Below, piece after piece: positions 38,305 to 60,451 of a stretch of 64,000 nucleotides of DNA (position 1 is its first letter; the number at the start of each line of letters is the position of its first letter). Made by a program: the position numbers and the translations under genes. Origin of the DNA: the human T2T-CHM13v2.0 reference genome, Homo sapiens. The stretch lies in NCBI RefSeq assembly GCF_009914755.1, contig NC_060941.1, one strand, 5' to 3'. The notes beneath the pieces are model-generated. The model did not search any database, was not told where the DNA came from, and was given only the letters and a program-made list of their open reading frames with translations.

Positions 38305-39165
38305 GTACGTGTCAAAGTTCTTGTACATTCATTATGAATTGGATTATGATAATGTGTGCATAATCATTTTAAATCTAAGTAACCTATGAAGTCTGTGCTC
38401 GGTGTCATGAATATTTTAAATGTTTTATTTCATGATGGGGGAGAATTTGCATGAAGGAAATTAAATATAGTTATTGATTGCCAAGTGAGAAGTTGGATTG
38501 TTTTTAGAGATAATAGATAATAATGGGCATATCAGGGTTTTTTTTTTTTGTAAGTCTAGAAAAGTTTATGTGCTGTAGAAGAGATCTAGTCTATATGTTA
38601 AGACATTCCCTTGCTAATTATTTTCTTCTCTGTTGTTCTATTTTTTTGGTCCAGTTTGCTGTTTTTAAAGTTTTGAGTCCCAGCTGGTCCTGTACATTTA
38701 ACTGAAAAAAAAGTAACTTAAAATAATATAAAAATAGCACTCATGTATGTCCTACAGTTATAGGTGAAATTTGATATTGTTTGTCTTACATAGCATACCT
38801 ATAGACAGCTTAAGTAAAGTGACTGTTAAGAGGGTTATGCTTATTGATGAACTCTTGTAGTTGTTTACCAGCTCTGTTAGTATAGTTAAATTGATCTCAG
38901 TAGCTTCAAGTATTTATAAAATGGTTGAAGTCCAAATACATGTGATAATTACAATACACTTTGAATTAATGGAGGGTGGGAGGCTAGTTGAAATGCATTT
39001 TATTTACCCAAGGAGTATGTTAAAATGATAGTTATAAATGTTGGAAGTTTAAAGCAAGATACTCAGTTTAGTTCTTTACAAATCATAAGAAGAACAAAAT
39101 TAGATGTTGACATTGCTATTTTAGGCTGTGTGTTTTCCATATGCTTCTTGCTTTCCCTGTCACAG

Positions 39166-39189
39166 GTGGTGGCAGCAATATTGGTGTGA
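39166..39189 (+). CDS. WSB1: Alternative WSB1 exon in intron 5: adds VVAAILV-stop, giving a 244-aa isoform without the SOCS box (or an NMD substrate)
   Basis: Strong acceptor cttcttgctttccctgtcacAG|GTG at 39165/39166, in frame after exon 5; 237+7=244 aa, matching my recollection of a short WSB1 isoform. The 3' boundary of the exon is not resolved. Confidence 0.8.
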   Translation: MVAAILV

Positions 39190-40520
39190 TTGAGGTTATG
39201 CTGGCACCACTCGCACACAGGCGCACAATGGTGTTAGCTGGGCAGAAAGAGTGGCATCTCTGGCTACCGGGCTGGGGGCGACCTTTACCATAGGATGAAG
39301 TAACCTTGCATTCGGCTGCAAGGTGTACTGTACGTACACAGGTGCTGGTCGATGTCCACTTTCTGCTTTTCTTTCTTTCTTTTTTTCTTTTTTAAAGTAA
39401 TTTCCCCCACAGTAAAATACACTGACTCCTGAGTAAATTGATTTTCCAGTTTTATGGAATTGGGAGTCTGACAAGTGAAACCAATTTAATGTAAAGTATT
39501 TGGCTTTCAAATGGTTTCTCTGTGCTATTTTTTGGAATTCTTTCAGATTCCAGAGATATCTTACGTCTTTGATTCAATTTAAAATTTGTACTTATTTTCT
39601 TTTAGAAATAATGTATTGTGTCTGTGCAGAAAAAAAAAAACCAAAAAGGATTGCTTTACTCCAAGAGGAGAGATTGTCTTAGGATAAACCTCCAAGCTCA
39701 CATTTAATATAACAGACTGAAGTAAACATTAGAATCCTGTTTAGAGCTATTCTGCACAGTTAACTACTGATCTTTAGAATCTAAAATTGTATATGAACTT
39801 ATTCTTAAATAATTGAACCGTTTTATATTCAAATGACTTATGATCGTGGTTAGTTTGGGAAAAATAAGATGGTTAAATTTTGATTTATTGAAATGTAATT
39901 GTATTATTTTCATAAAATAGCATTTTCATTTTGTAATGTGGTTTAACATCCTTGTTGTTTGCCAAAGAAATTTCATTTGGCTGTGAATATTCTATTTGCT
40001 TGCAGTATCTGTTTCTCTTCCTAGGCTCAAGTTGGTGACCCAAGCCTATTGTAAACAAGTGATTATCTCAAAGGGAGATGCCAATGGAGTAACAATTTGT
40101 TAACCTTACGTTTTCTGTCTGTATATTTTTTTAAAAATCTGGTAGTTTCTGGAAAAAAAAGAGAAGGGGGTTTGTAGTACTTAACCCTATTTATTTCCGT
40201 ATATTTTAGTTAATTAGTTTTTGGAATAAATGGATTTCAGTATAGCTTTGTGGTTAAATTGCATTGCCTTTATTTTATGTTTAGGCTTATTTTTAAATTA
40301 ACATTTAACAGAAACATTTGAAATAGAATTTGCATGTCTGCCTTAATTAACTTAAAGACTGATTTTAATCTGACTATGACACTGAGCATATTCTTTAAAT
40401 TACTCATAATTTATAATGCTTAATATAATCTTAATTAAATTTAGCAGTTTTAGTATAAGATGTGCCATTTTGTCCTCTGTATGTCTGAATGAAGCTATAA
40501 CATTTGCCTTTTTATTGCAG

Positions 40521-40693
40521 GTTTTCCTTTGGAATATGGATAAATACACCATGATACGGAAACTAGAAGGACATCACCATGATGTGGTAGCTTGTGACTT
40601 TTCTCCTGATGGAGCATTACTGGCTACTGCATCTTATGATACTCGAGTATATATCTGGGATCCACATAATGGAGACATTCTGATGGAATTTGG
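40521..40693 (+). CDS. WSB1: WSB1 exon 6 (VFLWNMDKY...GDILMEF)
   Basis: TTGCAG acceptor, GG|GTGGGT donor; 173 nt; GH...WD repeat. Confidence 0.97.
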
Positions 40694-40941
40694 GTGGGTA
40701 CAGCATGAATTATTTTAGTCTATAATTCATCTCCACCTATCAAGTTATGTGAATAATTACAATCACCAATATATGCAACCTAAAATTACAGTCTATTCTA
40801 ATTTAAAATGTTGGTATTATTTAAGCCCTTGACTAATGGAAAGTCTTCGATATAAATTCTAAAAGTAAATTTGGCTCTCTTGATACAAGTCTTGCTACTT
40901 AACAGTACCCAGCTCTCTATAGAAGTACTAATTATGTTTAG

Positions 40942-41253
<312 letters not shown>

Positions 41254-41482
41254 TAACCTCCCAAAGTGCTGGGATTACAGGCATGAGCCACTGCGCCCAG
41301 CCATAAAAGATTAGTTCTTTTCAGGTGACTTTAATTTGGATGTATCATCGCTACTGAGTCTTCTCAGTTATATTAATTAAGGCTACTTTAAACACTATTC
41401 AAAGACAGATGTACTTTGTACCTGGGTAATTTTGTTTTCTTGAAGTGACTGATATCCACTGAAAACATATATTTGACCTCAG

Positions 41483-41596
41483 GCACCTGTTTCCCCCACC
41501 TACTCCAATATTTGCTGGAGGAGCAAATGACCGGTGGGTACGATCTGTATCTTTTAGCCATGATGGACTGCATGTTGCAAGCCTTGCTGATGATAA
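41483..41596 (+). CDS. WSB1: WSB1 exon 7 (HLFPPPTPIFAGGANDRWVRSVSFSHDGLHVASLADD)
   Basis: CTCAG acceptor, GTAAGT donor; 114 nt. Confidence 0.96.
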
Positions 41597-42931
41597 GTAA
41601 GTATGTGCATTATAGCTTGACTGACTTACTATTACCTTTTACATTCTTAAGCCTTAAAGCCTTTCTGCAGTTAAGAGTTTTAATGTCTCTTCCTCAACAC
41701 AAGCCCCTGGGAGATTTTGTTGTGTCTTAAAGAATATCAGCCTGAACAATTATCTGTGTAAACTAAAGATAATGCATGCCTCTCCCTGTGTTCCTTGTTT
41801 AACTTGTTTAGGCATAGTGGGTTGATTTTTAGTCAGCTTTTAGCCCAGCTTACAGAGATTTTTTTAAAGTAATGTCTTAACAAAGGTTGAAGCAGAAGGA
41901 AATTTCTAAAGTGAAACAAATAGTAAAACCAAAAGAATTACAAATAAATAGTAATTTGTATCCACCATGATTGAGATTAGAATATGAAATGTCACATGAA
42001 TGATATGTGCTGCTTGTTGGTAAGAAGCAGAAACTAGTTGCAACCATCTGTGTTCATGCATATAGCATTGAGTAGTTCGGTGACGTCAATTCATAAGGCA
42101 GCTCTTCTCTTCCCAGAATGTTAGCAAACATATGGAGAGAGGTTTTTTTTGTTTGTTTGTCTGCAACCATTGTTTCCTGTTTGCTCAGATAGATTCTGCA
42201 TGTTAGTTCTCTGCTGTATTTGTAGACACACTCAGCCTGGGTGAAAAGCTTTTTTTCCTTTCCTGGTTTTTTTTGTTTGTTTATTGGAGACAGGGTCTTG
42301 CTTTGTTGCCCAGGCTATAGTGCAGTGGTGCAATCACATCTCACCACAGCCTTGATTTTCTGGGCTCAGGTGATCCTCCCACCTCAGCCTTCCGAGTATC
42401 TCACACCACAGGGGTATACCACCACACCTGGCTAGTTTTTTTAAAAAATTTTTTGTAGAGACAGGGTCTCCCTATGTTGCCCAGGCTGGTCTTAAAAGTC
42501 CTGGGCTCAAGCAGTCCACCCACCTCGGCCTCCCAAAGTGGTGGGATTATGGTTGTGAGCTACCAGGCCCACCTAGCTTTTAAAAATGTCTTGGGAAAAG
42601 GGTGAAACAGACTAGAAGTTGATTGTATTGTAAGTGTAGGAAAGTAAGGAGAAAGTTTCCGGGTGTGAACATTCTAGGTTTGAACACTGGGAAGGAGGGA
42701 AGGCAGCCATGCATTGTAGTCTCTTAAGTGAAAGTTTATCCAATTTACCAACTGATATTATAGACCTTAAAATATTTTGTAATTGTATAAAGCAAGTTAT
42801 TATAATTGCCTGTTGGTGTGATGTGTGTATTTTGTGACTCATAACTCAATGGCATTTCTTTCTAAATTTTAAAAAAGTTGCTTTTACCTTACATTTTCTA
42901 CAAGATACTAAATAATTTATTTCATTTTCAG

Positions 42932-43039
42932 AATGGTGAGGTTCTGGAGAATTGATGAGGATTATCCAGTGCAAGTTGCACCTTTGAGCAATGGTCTTTG
43001 CTGTGCCTTCTCTACTGATGGCAGTGTTTTAGCTGCTGG
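42932..43039 (+). CDS. WSB1: WSB1 exon 8 (MVRFWRIDEDYPVQVAPLSNGLCCAFSTDGSVLAA)
   Basis: TTTTCAG acceptor, GG|GTAAAT donor; 108 nt. Confidence 0.96.
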
Positions 43040-43048
43040 GTAAATATA

Positions 43049-43081
<33 letters not shown>

Positions 43082-43090
43082 GAGATGTAG

Positions 43091-43306
<216 letters not shown>

Positions 43307-43630
43307 TGATCTTCCCGCCTCAACTTCCCAAAGTGCTGGGATTACAGGCGTGAGCCACCACACCTGGCCCATTTTTCTCTTTTCTTTAAGGGCCAATTTA
43401 AGGGGGCTTTTAGCAGCTAGTAATTTATTGTCAGTAAAACTCTAATAAGTGTTCTTCATAGTAGTGTTACCTTGTCATGGAATACATCATTGGTTAGTTC
43501 TCCTGGTTGGGTTTTAATGTGAAGTTTGTGACTCCACTACTCACATGTATTGGGTGATAGTTGTTTGAGCTGTAGCAACACTGAAATACATATACTTGGG
43601 TGACTAAGCATGTGCTTTGTTTCTGTTTAG

Positions 43631-43790
43631 GACACATGACGGAAGTGTGTATTTTTGGGCCACTCCACGGCAGGTCCCTAGCCTGCAACATTTATGTCGC
43701 ATGTCAATCCGAAGAGTGATGCCCACCCAAGAAGTTCAGGAGCTGCCGATTCCTTCCAAGCTTTTGGAGTTTCTCTCGTATCGTATTTAG
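43631..43790 (+). CDS. WSB1: WSB1 exon 9, SOCS box (VPSLQHLCRMSIRR...LPIPSKLLEFLSYRI*)
   Basis: TTTAG acceptor; BC-box PSLQHLCR and Cul5-box LPIP; TAG at 43788-43790; total CDS 1266 nt = 421 aa. Confidence 0.97.
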
Positions 43791-45050
<1,260 letters not shown>

Positions 45051-45993
45051 AACAGTATATTGCAAATGTTTCTTAAATAGGTTAGGTGGAGTACTTTCTC
45101 TCTGTCTCCATTGTAAGGTTGATGGTACACCACAGGCAAATTAAGCAAAAAGGACAATGAAGAAAGAATGCAGGACTCAGGCGCTGCTCTAGAATTCATT
45201 CAGGGCTCCCCGAGTGCAGCAGCTCTTATGGTGGTTTTGTTTTTAGGAGAACTGTTGTAATAATGCATATTTTAAAAGCATAGGGAAGCTCTAGAACACA
45301 GGAAGGTGACTACTAAGCAAGAGAAAAGTATCTTTTAGTGGGGAACTACCAGCCTATAGTAAGTCTATCTGGTTAAAGTAGTTATTATGAAAATCTAGCA
45401 GTCTGGGTCCTTTGAGAAGGCATTAAAAAAGCAAAACTCTTATGAGCCATGTGTGATTTTGAAGACTCATTTCCACTGAGAAATTATTTGGAAGTTCCTA
45501 TGGTTAGCTCTGTTAAGGAATGTAAAAATTTATAGGGGGTGTAGGGTTATCAATTTGAAAGCCAGTAGAAAATCTGCTCAAGTTACTTCTTGAGGATCAT
45601 CTGTATTTTACAAAAAGAAGCACAAGAAGCATCTAATCTTTATACTTCTTGTGACTTTTTTTCCCCTGCATTTTACTTTGTAATATATCGGCTTTATAAT
45701 TTTAAAATACACTGGCCGGGCGCAGTGGCCCACACCTATAATCCCAGCACTTTGGGAGGCCAAGGCAGGTGGGTCACTTAAGGCCGGGAGTTCATGACAA
45801 GCCTGACCAACATAGTGAAACCCCTGTCTCTACTAAAATTACAAAAATTAGCTGGGCATGGTGGTGGGTTCCTGTACTCCTAGCTACTTAGGAGGCTGAG
45901 GCAAGAGAATTGCTTGAACTGGAGAAATGGAGGTTGCAGTGAGCTGAGATCACGCAACTGCACTCCAGCCTGGGTGACAGAGTAAGACTCTAA

Positions 45994-46315
<322 letters not shown>

Positions 46316-48227
46316 TGACCTCGTGATCCGCCCGCCTCGGCCTCCCAGAGTGCTGGGATTATAGGTGTGAGCCACCGAACCTGGCCCAAAACAGCATTTT
46401 TGGAAGCTACATTCTGTGAGATGTTCACCTGTTTGCCACCTCTTCTCGTGAAAACCATAGTGAGTGCCAGTGTGAAAGGAAGATTGCAGCGTATATGTCA
46501 AGTAGAAACATGTTTGAATTTTCCATTTGTCTGTGGGGAAGAAGGTAATAACAGTAATAACAGACTGAAGGACCAAAGGAAAATAGGGAAGACGTTGATT
46601 ATGGACTTGGATCAGATTCTAGCTACATGATTTGAAAATGACACTGCCTCTCCTATTTTGCCACAAGCCTGTCATTTGGAGAACTGGCAGATCATTTATG
46701 TTCAGATTTGATTTTCTGTTTTAGAATCCCATGGAGTACATGTGAACATAGGAAAATCACACTCAGCAGCCAAGCTATCCTTTTGCGATAATGAAATCAC
46801 TTTAAAACCTATAACTTGATCTTAGGTTGGCAAATCTTAAACTTAACGATCCTTGAAATTTCCTGCCTGCTGTGACTGTGATGCAGTTGGATTCAACTGG
46901 TTTACACTGCTCTTGGATCGGCAAGACCAAAAAAGGTTGGACTGCACTGTAGCATGCTTATGGGTTGAGGCAGTGGCAGAGGCAGAGGACTTGGCCGTCA
47001 GCCAGCCAGCACAGGCGTAAGAAAATAGCATGAGAAGTTTCACGAGCCTGAAACCATTGAGACAGTGATTACAACCTCCATATTAATCAGATGAGGGTTT
47101 GTAGGTGACATAGCATTTTACCCAAGTAATTCTGAACAGACTGTGGCTTATGATAATACATTTTAACTAGCAAGTGTGTGGACTATAAAACAAATATCTA
47201 GAGTTATATATGGATGTACTATCATTTGGTGATAAAAGCATAGAAAAAGCATAAGTTGGAGTATACTGGGTTTTTTTGTTGTTGTTAAATTCTTTTCCAT
47301 CAGAAGTAAGAGCTGTTGGCAGCAACTAATAAAATGCAACCTAGTGACATGCTCGTCATAACCTTGGCAGATGTTTATGGTAAGATGCTTGGAAGGAATG
47401 AACGTAAGTAGGCAATCTCAACCTGCCCTTTGATCCATAAAGCATTCTTTAGCCACCAGCAAAAATCTGGTCTGAGCCAGGTATAAAGTGACCTGTTTTA
47501 TTACAGGTGGGTGGGGTAGCTTTGTGTGGTTGTTTTTTGACATTATGTATGCTTTTATTTTTTACTTTGAGGTAGGATCTCGCTCTGTCACCCAAGCTGG
47601 AGTGCAGTGGTGCAATCTCAGCTCACTGCATACTCTGCCTCCCCTGGTTCAAGTGGTTCTCGTGCATAAGCCACCTGAGTAGCTGGGATTACAGGCGTGA
47701 GCTGGGCCAATTTTTGTATTTTTAGTAGAGATAGGGTTTCATCATGTTGGCCAGGCTCGTCTTGAACTCCTGGCCTCAAGTGATCTGCCCATCTTGGCCT
47801 CCCAAAGTGCTGGGATTACGGGCATGAGCCACAGTGCCTGACCAGTCTAGGCTTATCTTAACAGTTGAGGAATCAGAAAATGATTGAATAGGGCTGGAAT
47901 TGGAGAAGGAAAAAATGATTTAATTCAATTTTTATCAACTCCAGCACTATTTTCTCTATTAGAGACTACTGTCATTATCCTTCTGGTTTCTGTTTTAAAG
48001 ATACTGATTAAGGAATTTTCTTTATAGTTCCACATAACAGTTGGTCTTCTGGTCTGAAAGTAGTATTACAGGTTTTGTTAGGAAAACCTATAATACAGTG
48101 TTGCCTGTCACCGTCATTATAGTGAGTTTGTGTTTGTTTGGTTTTAAATAAGGCTGAAGCATCAATGGCTCTTTCTGAAAAAATTGTTCTCCAAAAGTAA
48201 AGTGTGAGCTATAGAAATCATCTAGAA

Positions 48228-48435
48228 CAGGGGTGTCCAATCTTTTGGCTTCCTTGGGCTACATTGGAAGAATTGTCTTGGGCCACACATAAAATACACT
48301 AACTGATGAGCTTAAAAAAGAATTACAAAAACAATCTCATAATGTTATTAAGAAGGTTTACGAATTTGTGTTGGGCCACGTTCAAAGCCATCCTGGGCCA
48401 CATGTGGCCCGTGGGCTACACGTTGGACAAGCTTG
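48228..48435. mobile_element. MER30 (hAT-Charlie) DNA transposon
   Basis: Same termini as the copy at 8739. Confidence 0.85.
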
Positions 48436-48774
48436 CTCGAGTATAGATCAGTAAGTAAGAGAAGTGAAATGGCTACTCCACTGGGTCGTTTTATGCTTCC
48501 GAATTGTTGAATAATAATGAAATGTTCTTATAAAAAATAGATTAAGGATGATGGGCATTAGAGAGATACCTGAGAAAGATAATGATTAAAATAGATCCAA
48601 GAGGCCAGGTGCAGTGGCCCTCGCCTGTAATCCCAGCACTTTGGGAGGCCAAGGCAGGCAGATCACCTGAGGTCAGGAGTTCGAGACCAGCCGGCTAACA
48701 TGGTGAAACCCCGTTTCTACTAAAAATACAAAAAATTAACCCAGCATGGTGGCATGCGTCTGTAATCCCAGCTA

Positions 48775-48915
<141 letters not shown>

Positions 48916-49073
48916 TTAAACAGAAATATATATATATATATGTATATATATATATTTTTTGACACGGAGACTCGCTCTGTTGCCCAGACTGGAATGCAGT
49001 GGTGCAGGCTCAGCGCACCACAACCTCCGCCTCCCGGGTTCAAGAGATTCTCCTGTCTCAGCCTCCTGAGTAG

Positions 49074-49542
<469 letters not shown>

Positions 49543-49994
49543 TAAATGGAAATCTTAAAAGACATACATTTGCACCAAGTGAGCTAAATATTTTGGCACC
49601 AAACTCACACAAAATGGCCGGGCACAGGGGCTCACACCTGTAATCCCAGCACTTTGGGAGACTCTGGTGGGCAGATCACTTGAGGTCAGGAGCTGGAGAC
49701 CAGCCTGGCCAACATGGTGAAACCCCATCTCTACTAAAAATACTCCCCAAAAATTACCTGGGCGTGGTGGCTCATGCCTGTAAGTCCCAGCTACTCAGGA
49801 GGCTGAGGCAGGAGAATAGCTTGAACCTGGGAGGCAAAGTTGGCATTGATCCAAGATGGCGCCACTGCACTCCAGCCTGCATGACAGAACCAGACTCTGT
49901 GTCAAAAACAAACTCACACAAAATGGGAAACCCAGTAAGTTGTATGATTCACAATATTAATCTCACAGTAATGGCTGAGGAAAAGCACAGTTAA

Positions 49995-50354
49995 TATTAT
50001 GGACCGAATGTTGTATGCACACCCCACGACCACCACCACCACCACCAGTAATACGTTGAAATCCTAATCCTCAATGTAATGATATTAGGGAGTGGGGCCT
50101 TTGGGAGGTGATTAGGTCATGAGGGCGGAGTCCTCATAATGGGATTCGTGCCCGTGTGAAAGGAACCCTAGAAAGCTCTCATTCCCTCTCCACCATGTGA
50201 AGATACAATGAGAAGACAACAGTCTAACCGAGAAGAGGACCTGCACCCTGATCTCAAACTTCCAACATCCAGAACTGTGAGAAGTTAACTTCTGTTGTTT
50301 ATAACCCATCTAGTCTATGGTACTTTCTTCTAGCAGCCCAAATGGACTAAGGCA
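49995..50354 (+). mobile_element. MLT1A-like MaLR solo LTR
   Basis: gttgaaatcctaatcc...ggtgattaggtcatgaggg...gcagcccaaatggactaaggca. Confidence 0.75.
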
Positions 50355-51888
50355 TAGGAACAGCAGGAATGCCTCCTTGAAACTTCTTTATTTTTTCAAG
50401 ATGGTCTCGCCCTGTGACCCAGGTTGGGGTGCAGTGGCATGATCACGGCTCACTGCAGCCTCCATCTCCTGAGCTCAATCGATTCTCCTGTCTCAGCCTC
50501 CTGAGTAGCTGGGACTATAGTTATGCACCATCACACCCAGCTAATTTTTGTATTTTTTATAGAGACAAGGTCTTGCTGCCTAGGCTGGTCTCCATCTCCC
50601 AGACTGTAGCAGTCCTCCCGCCTTGGCCTCCCAAAGTGCTGGGATTACAGGTGTTAGCCCCCCACACCTGGCCAAAACTTCTTAATTAGATATAAACTGT
50701 GCTAGAGCACAGACAGTGATTTCTGTGTACTCCCCAACCATCTTGCCACCTCTAAGACCCCTAACATGATTTGGCAGAAATTACACAGGCTTCAAGTTCT
50801 CCCTTGGATGATAACAGTTGAGCTCAGAAGAGAAACAGTAAACATTACTGTGGCCTTGCTGTGTTGCAAGGGTCTGCAGGCAGCTTCTGGGAAATAGGAC
50901 CGGGAAGCCCCCAAGTCAAAGGTTGTCCCTGCCATCCCCCTGGGTGACATGAGCCTGTCTCACTTGTTTTACCCAATTTCATAACAAACCCAATTCTTGT
51001 ATATTTGAGTTTATGATGCATTACCTAAATGGCCTGTTTTTGGTGGTCAGATAAGCTGGCCCAGCCAGAAGTCATCTTGCCCATTTCTCAAGTTCCATCA
51101 GAGTCCTAATTTCCACATCACTTCCTTCAAATACAGCCTGTTGCTAGGTACTCATTCTTGGGTGTTGGTTACTCATTTAGAATGCAAATTCCTTACACCT
51201 GAGGAAATCCTTCAAACTTTTCCCACTGGACTCTACCCCTGGCTGATATTTGGGTCACAGTGGTTGTTGATGCCTTGGCAAGTGAGAGACCAGCCCCCGG
51301 TCAGCAGTCATGGCAGTAGCTCTGGCCTGGGGAGCTGGGATGGGCATCCTGGTGCACGCTCATCCAGCTTGTGCTGGGTGGAGAAAGCAGCTCCCTCAGA
51401 CTGTGTCTGGGTCACGCTGCTCAACACCTGGCAAAGACCCAGCTTTCTAGGCTTGGCCCCATCTGGCCTCAGATCAGGAGGCTGTTCATATAGCAGCTTG
51501 GCCCACTTTCTCGCCACAGGGCCTGCTGCCCAGAGGACTTTGCAGAAGTGTTGGCTGAGGCTGCAGTCCCAAGAAAGACAGGTGATTGCTGGCTTGGCTG
51601 CTTAACAGCTTGTAACTTTCAGAGCTTTGATCTAAGAATACTGTAATAATACCTCTCCTCCATGAATAGTGTTTAGCTTCTATTTTGTATCTGCAACAGT
51701 GTCAGGTACATGGCAGGCACTTGACAGCTGCTACTACCATCTGTTGAGCACTGACCACGTGCTCGTCACTATCCCTGGTACTTCTTAACAACCCTGTAGA
51801 ATTATCCTGTATTATAGCTGTGGAGGTTCAGAGAGGCCAGCTCCTCAGGTCACACAGCTAAGAGAAGACCATCGAGCATGTAAATTCA

Positions 51889-52035
<147 letters not shown>

Positions 52036-52084
52036 TTAAAAAATTCGCTGCACATGGTGGTGTGCCTGTGGTCCCAGATACTCT

Positions 52085-52694
<610 letters not shown>

Positions 52695-54149
52695 TCATGA
52701 TGGCCATAGACGGGCACTGTCATTTAGGAAGGGCATTCAGTCAACATCAAATACCAAAATTAGCTCTCTTTTTTTCTATGAATTTTTTATTTCAATATTT
52801 TATTTTTGTGGGTATATAGTAGGTGTATATGTTTATGGGGTACATGGGACTAAATTGGTTCTTGCCTGTGCCTCTGCCAACTCCCTAGAGCCAGCCATGA
52901 TGTCAGGCTAAACCTTTCCCAACACTCCCTACCTTTCATTGAATCACAGGGAAAACAAACGCAGAAGGAATGACTCCAAATATAATTAGGCCATTGAAAC
53001 CCACACAAGGTGTCCTTCGCCCACCACCTGGGCAAATGATACCAAAGGATGGTTAGTTTTTTCCTACACACCACTCTCCTTGGGAACTGATCTCACATTT
53101 TCATTGCAATGTGAACAAATCCAACTCAAACAGGCTGGAGCAGGATGCTCCAAAGCAATCACTGCAGGTGAGGAAGTCACCTGACCCTGCACCCCTGGCT
53201 TTATTTATTTGTCTGGTCATGGTCACAGGTTGAGCCTCTAGCTTTAATGATCAACAAGAGGTCAGGTTACAAGCTGACGTGAGCCCCTTTTTTTTTTTTA
53301 ATTTTATTTTTGTGTTTTGAGACAGAGACTTGCTCTGTCTCCTAGGCTGGAGAGCAGTGACACAATCATGGTTCATTGCAGCCTCAACCTTCTGGGTTTG
53401 AGCAATCCTCCCACCTCAGCCTCCTGAGTAGCTGAGACTTCAGGTGCGCGGCATCACACCTGACTAGTTTTTGTATTTTTTGTAGAGTTGGGTTTTCACC
53501 ATGTTGCCCAGACTGGTCTCAAACTCCTGGACTCAAGCAATCTGCCCCCATCGGCCTTCCAAAGTGCTGGGATTACAGGCATGAGCCAGCACACCTGGCC
53601 TGACATGAGCCCCTTCTACCAGCTGTATCAGACAAGGGTAGTCCCACTTGCCTGGAGCTGACCTGCCAGTAATACCAGCCATTGGGGCTGGCCCTGGGTT
53701 AAGAGTCCAGGGGCCAGACTGCATTGGGTGGAACTGTTATCTAGATCAACTAATACAGATGCCATCTAGGGAGCAGGGAGAATTCATACCCAGGAAGGAC
53801 CCAACTCAGTAATAAAGGGTCAGACCATTCTTACCATATTTCACTGATAAGAAAGTTATACTTTTATCTCTGCACTCTGAAATTAGGACATATTTTATAA
53901 CCAAAGATGTCTTAAAAATTGTTTTAAGTGGTACACACTGTAATGGTATATTATAGATAATGGTACAGATTATAAGTGTCATTGAGGATTTGATAAAACA
54001 CAAAGTCAGGAGAATGTACATATAAAAGTCAAAGGTCAGTGGAATGCTATATATAATGTCAGCAGTAAAAGACACCAGAAACAGGTAGTAAGTGAAGTGT
54101 TAATTTCTATTTGTATTAAATAAAGTGTTAATTTCCATTTGTATTGAAA

Positions 54150-58310
<4,161 letters not shown>

Positions 58311-58542
58311 TTCCCTCGCCTCACAGGTTCTCAAACATCTACTGAGGACCTACTATGGCCCACTGCCTGTCCTATGCTTTATGCATAGGGATAAGTCTGT
58401 GTATTGAAGGAGCTTTCAGTCTAATTAACTATTTCCCTGTGGGTGGACACTTAAAGTCTTTTCTCCTTTTAAAGATAGCTCCTCGAGGAATGAAGCTTTT
58501 GTAATCTCAAAGCTGGACAAAAACTGTGCATCTAGTGGGTCA

Positions 58543-58794
<252 letters not shown>

Positions 58795-59662
58795 TCACAC
58801 CATTGTACCCCAGCCTGGGTGACGAGTGAGACTCTGTCTAAAAAAAAAAAAAAAAAAAAAAAAAGGAGTTATGCTTCATAGCTCTTGTTCATGCTTTCAG
58901 ATTGCTTTCCAACAGTGCAGAGTCCATTTAAACCACAAGCACCCGTGTGTATCTGCGAGTGGCAATCTCGCCAGAACCTCACCAGCACTGGGCATTATCT
59001 TGCCAAAAAAGTTTTGGTACCCCGTGAGTTCCACAGGCAGCTTCTTCCTCTGTAGTGTTCACATCCCCAGTCTAGTCACAAATGAAGGGAAAAGCTTGTT
59101 AAAGGTGGATGGAATATTAAGTTACAGAGAGGATGGAGGATACACGTACAACTGTGAAGTGGGCCAGATTCACGGGGCTTTTGCACTTAGACTGGGAAAA
59201 GTACTGTCTTTCTTGGGTCTAATCTGAAAATGTTCCCTTGAGGCAGCTAGATTTCAAGAGCAAGAGGCTCAGACAGAGAACATGTAACTTTGAGGTGAGA
59301 TGTGTAAGTAAACAAGGAAAGAAGACAGATTGGGAACATTTCTCCCCAAACATTCCACAGATAATAAATATTCCACATTATCATTTAATGTCACCAACCT
59401 CTCTTGTTCCCATCACATTGTATTATAATTGTGTATACATCTGTCTTGTGAGCAGACCAGGAGTCTAGACATTTTTCCATCTAGTTTCCTGACGTAGATA
59501 GTGACGTACTTTGTGTGGCATGATGTGCCAGACACATGGAAGATTCTCTGAGAACACTCGTTGAACTGGTCTGAACATCCCACACTATTGTATTATGCTG
59601 GTTCCTAACACTCATACTGCAATATAATTCTGTGAAGAAGAATCACATGCACTCTTTTCTTA

Positions 59663-60022
<360 letters not shown>

Positions 60023-60108
60023 TCAAAAAAACAAAACAAAACAAGTTATGGGCACGATGGCTCATGCCTGTAATCCCAGCACTTTGGGAGGCTGAGGCGG
60101 GTGGATCA

Positions 60109-60451
<343 letters not shown>

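Noticed and set aside
40416-40520. In-frame intronic ATG extending exon 6
   Set aside because: AT-rich intron and polypyrimidine-tract sequence with no promoter evidence; probably chance.
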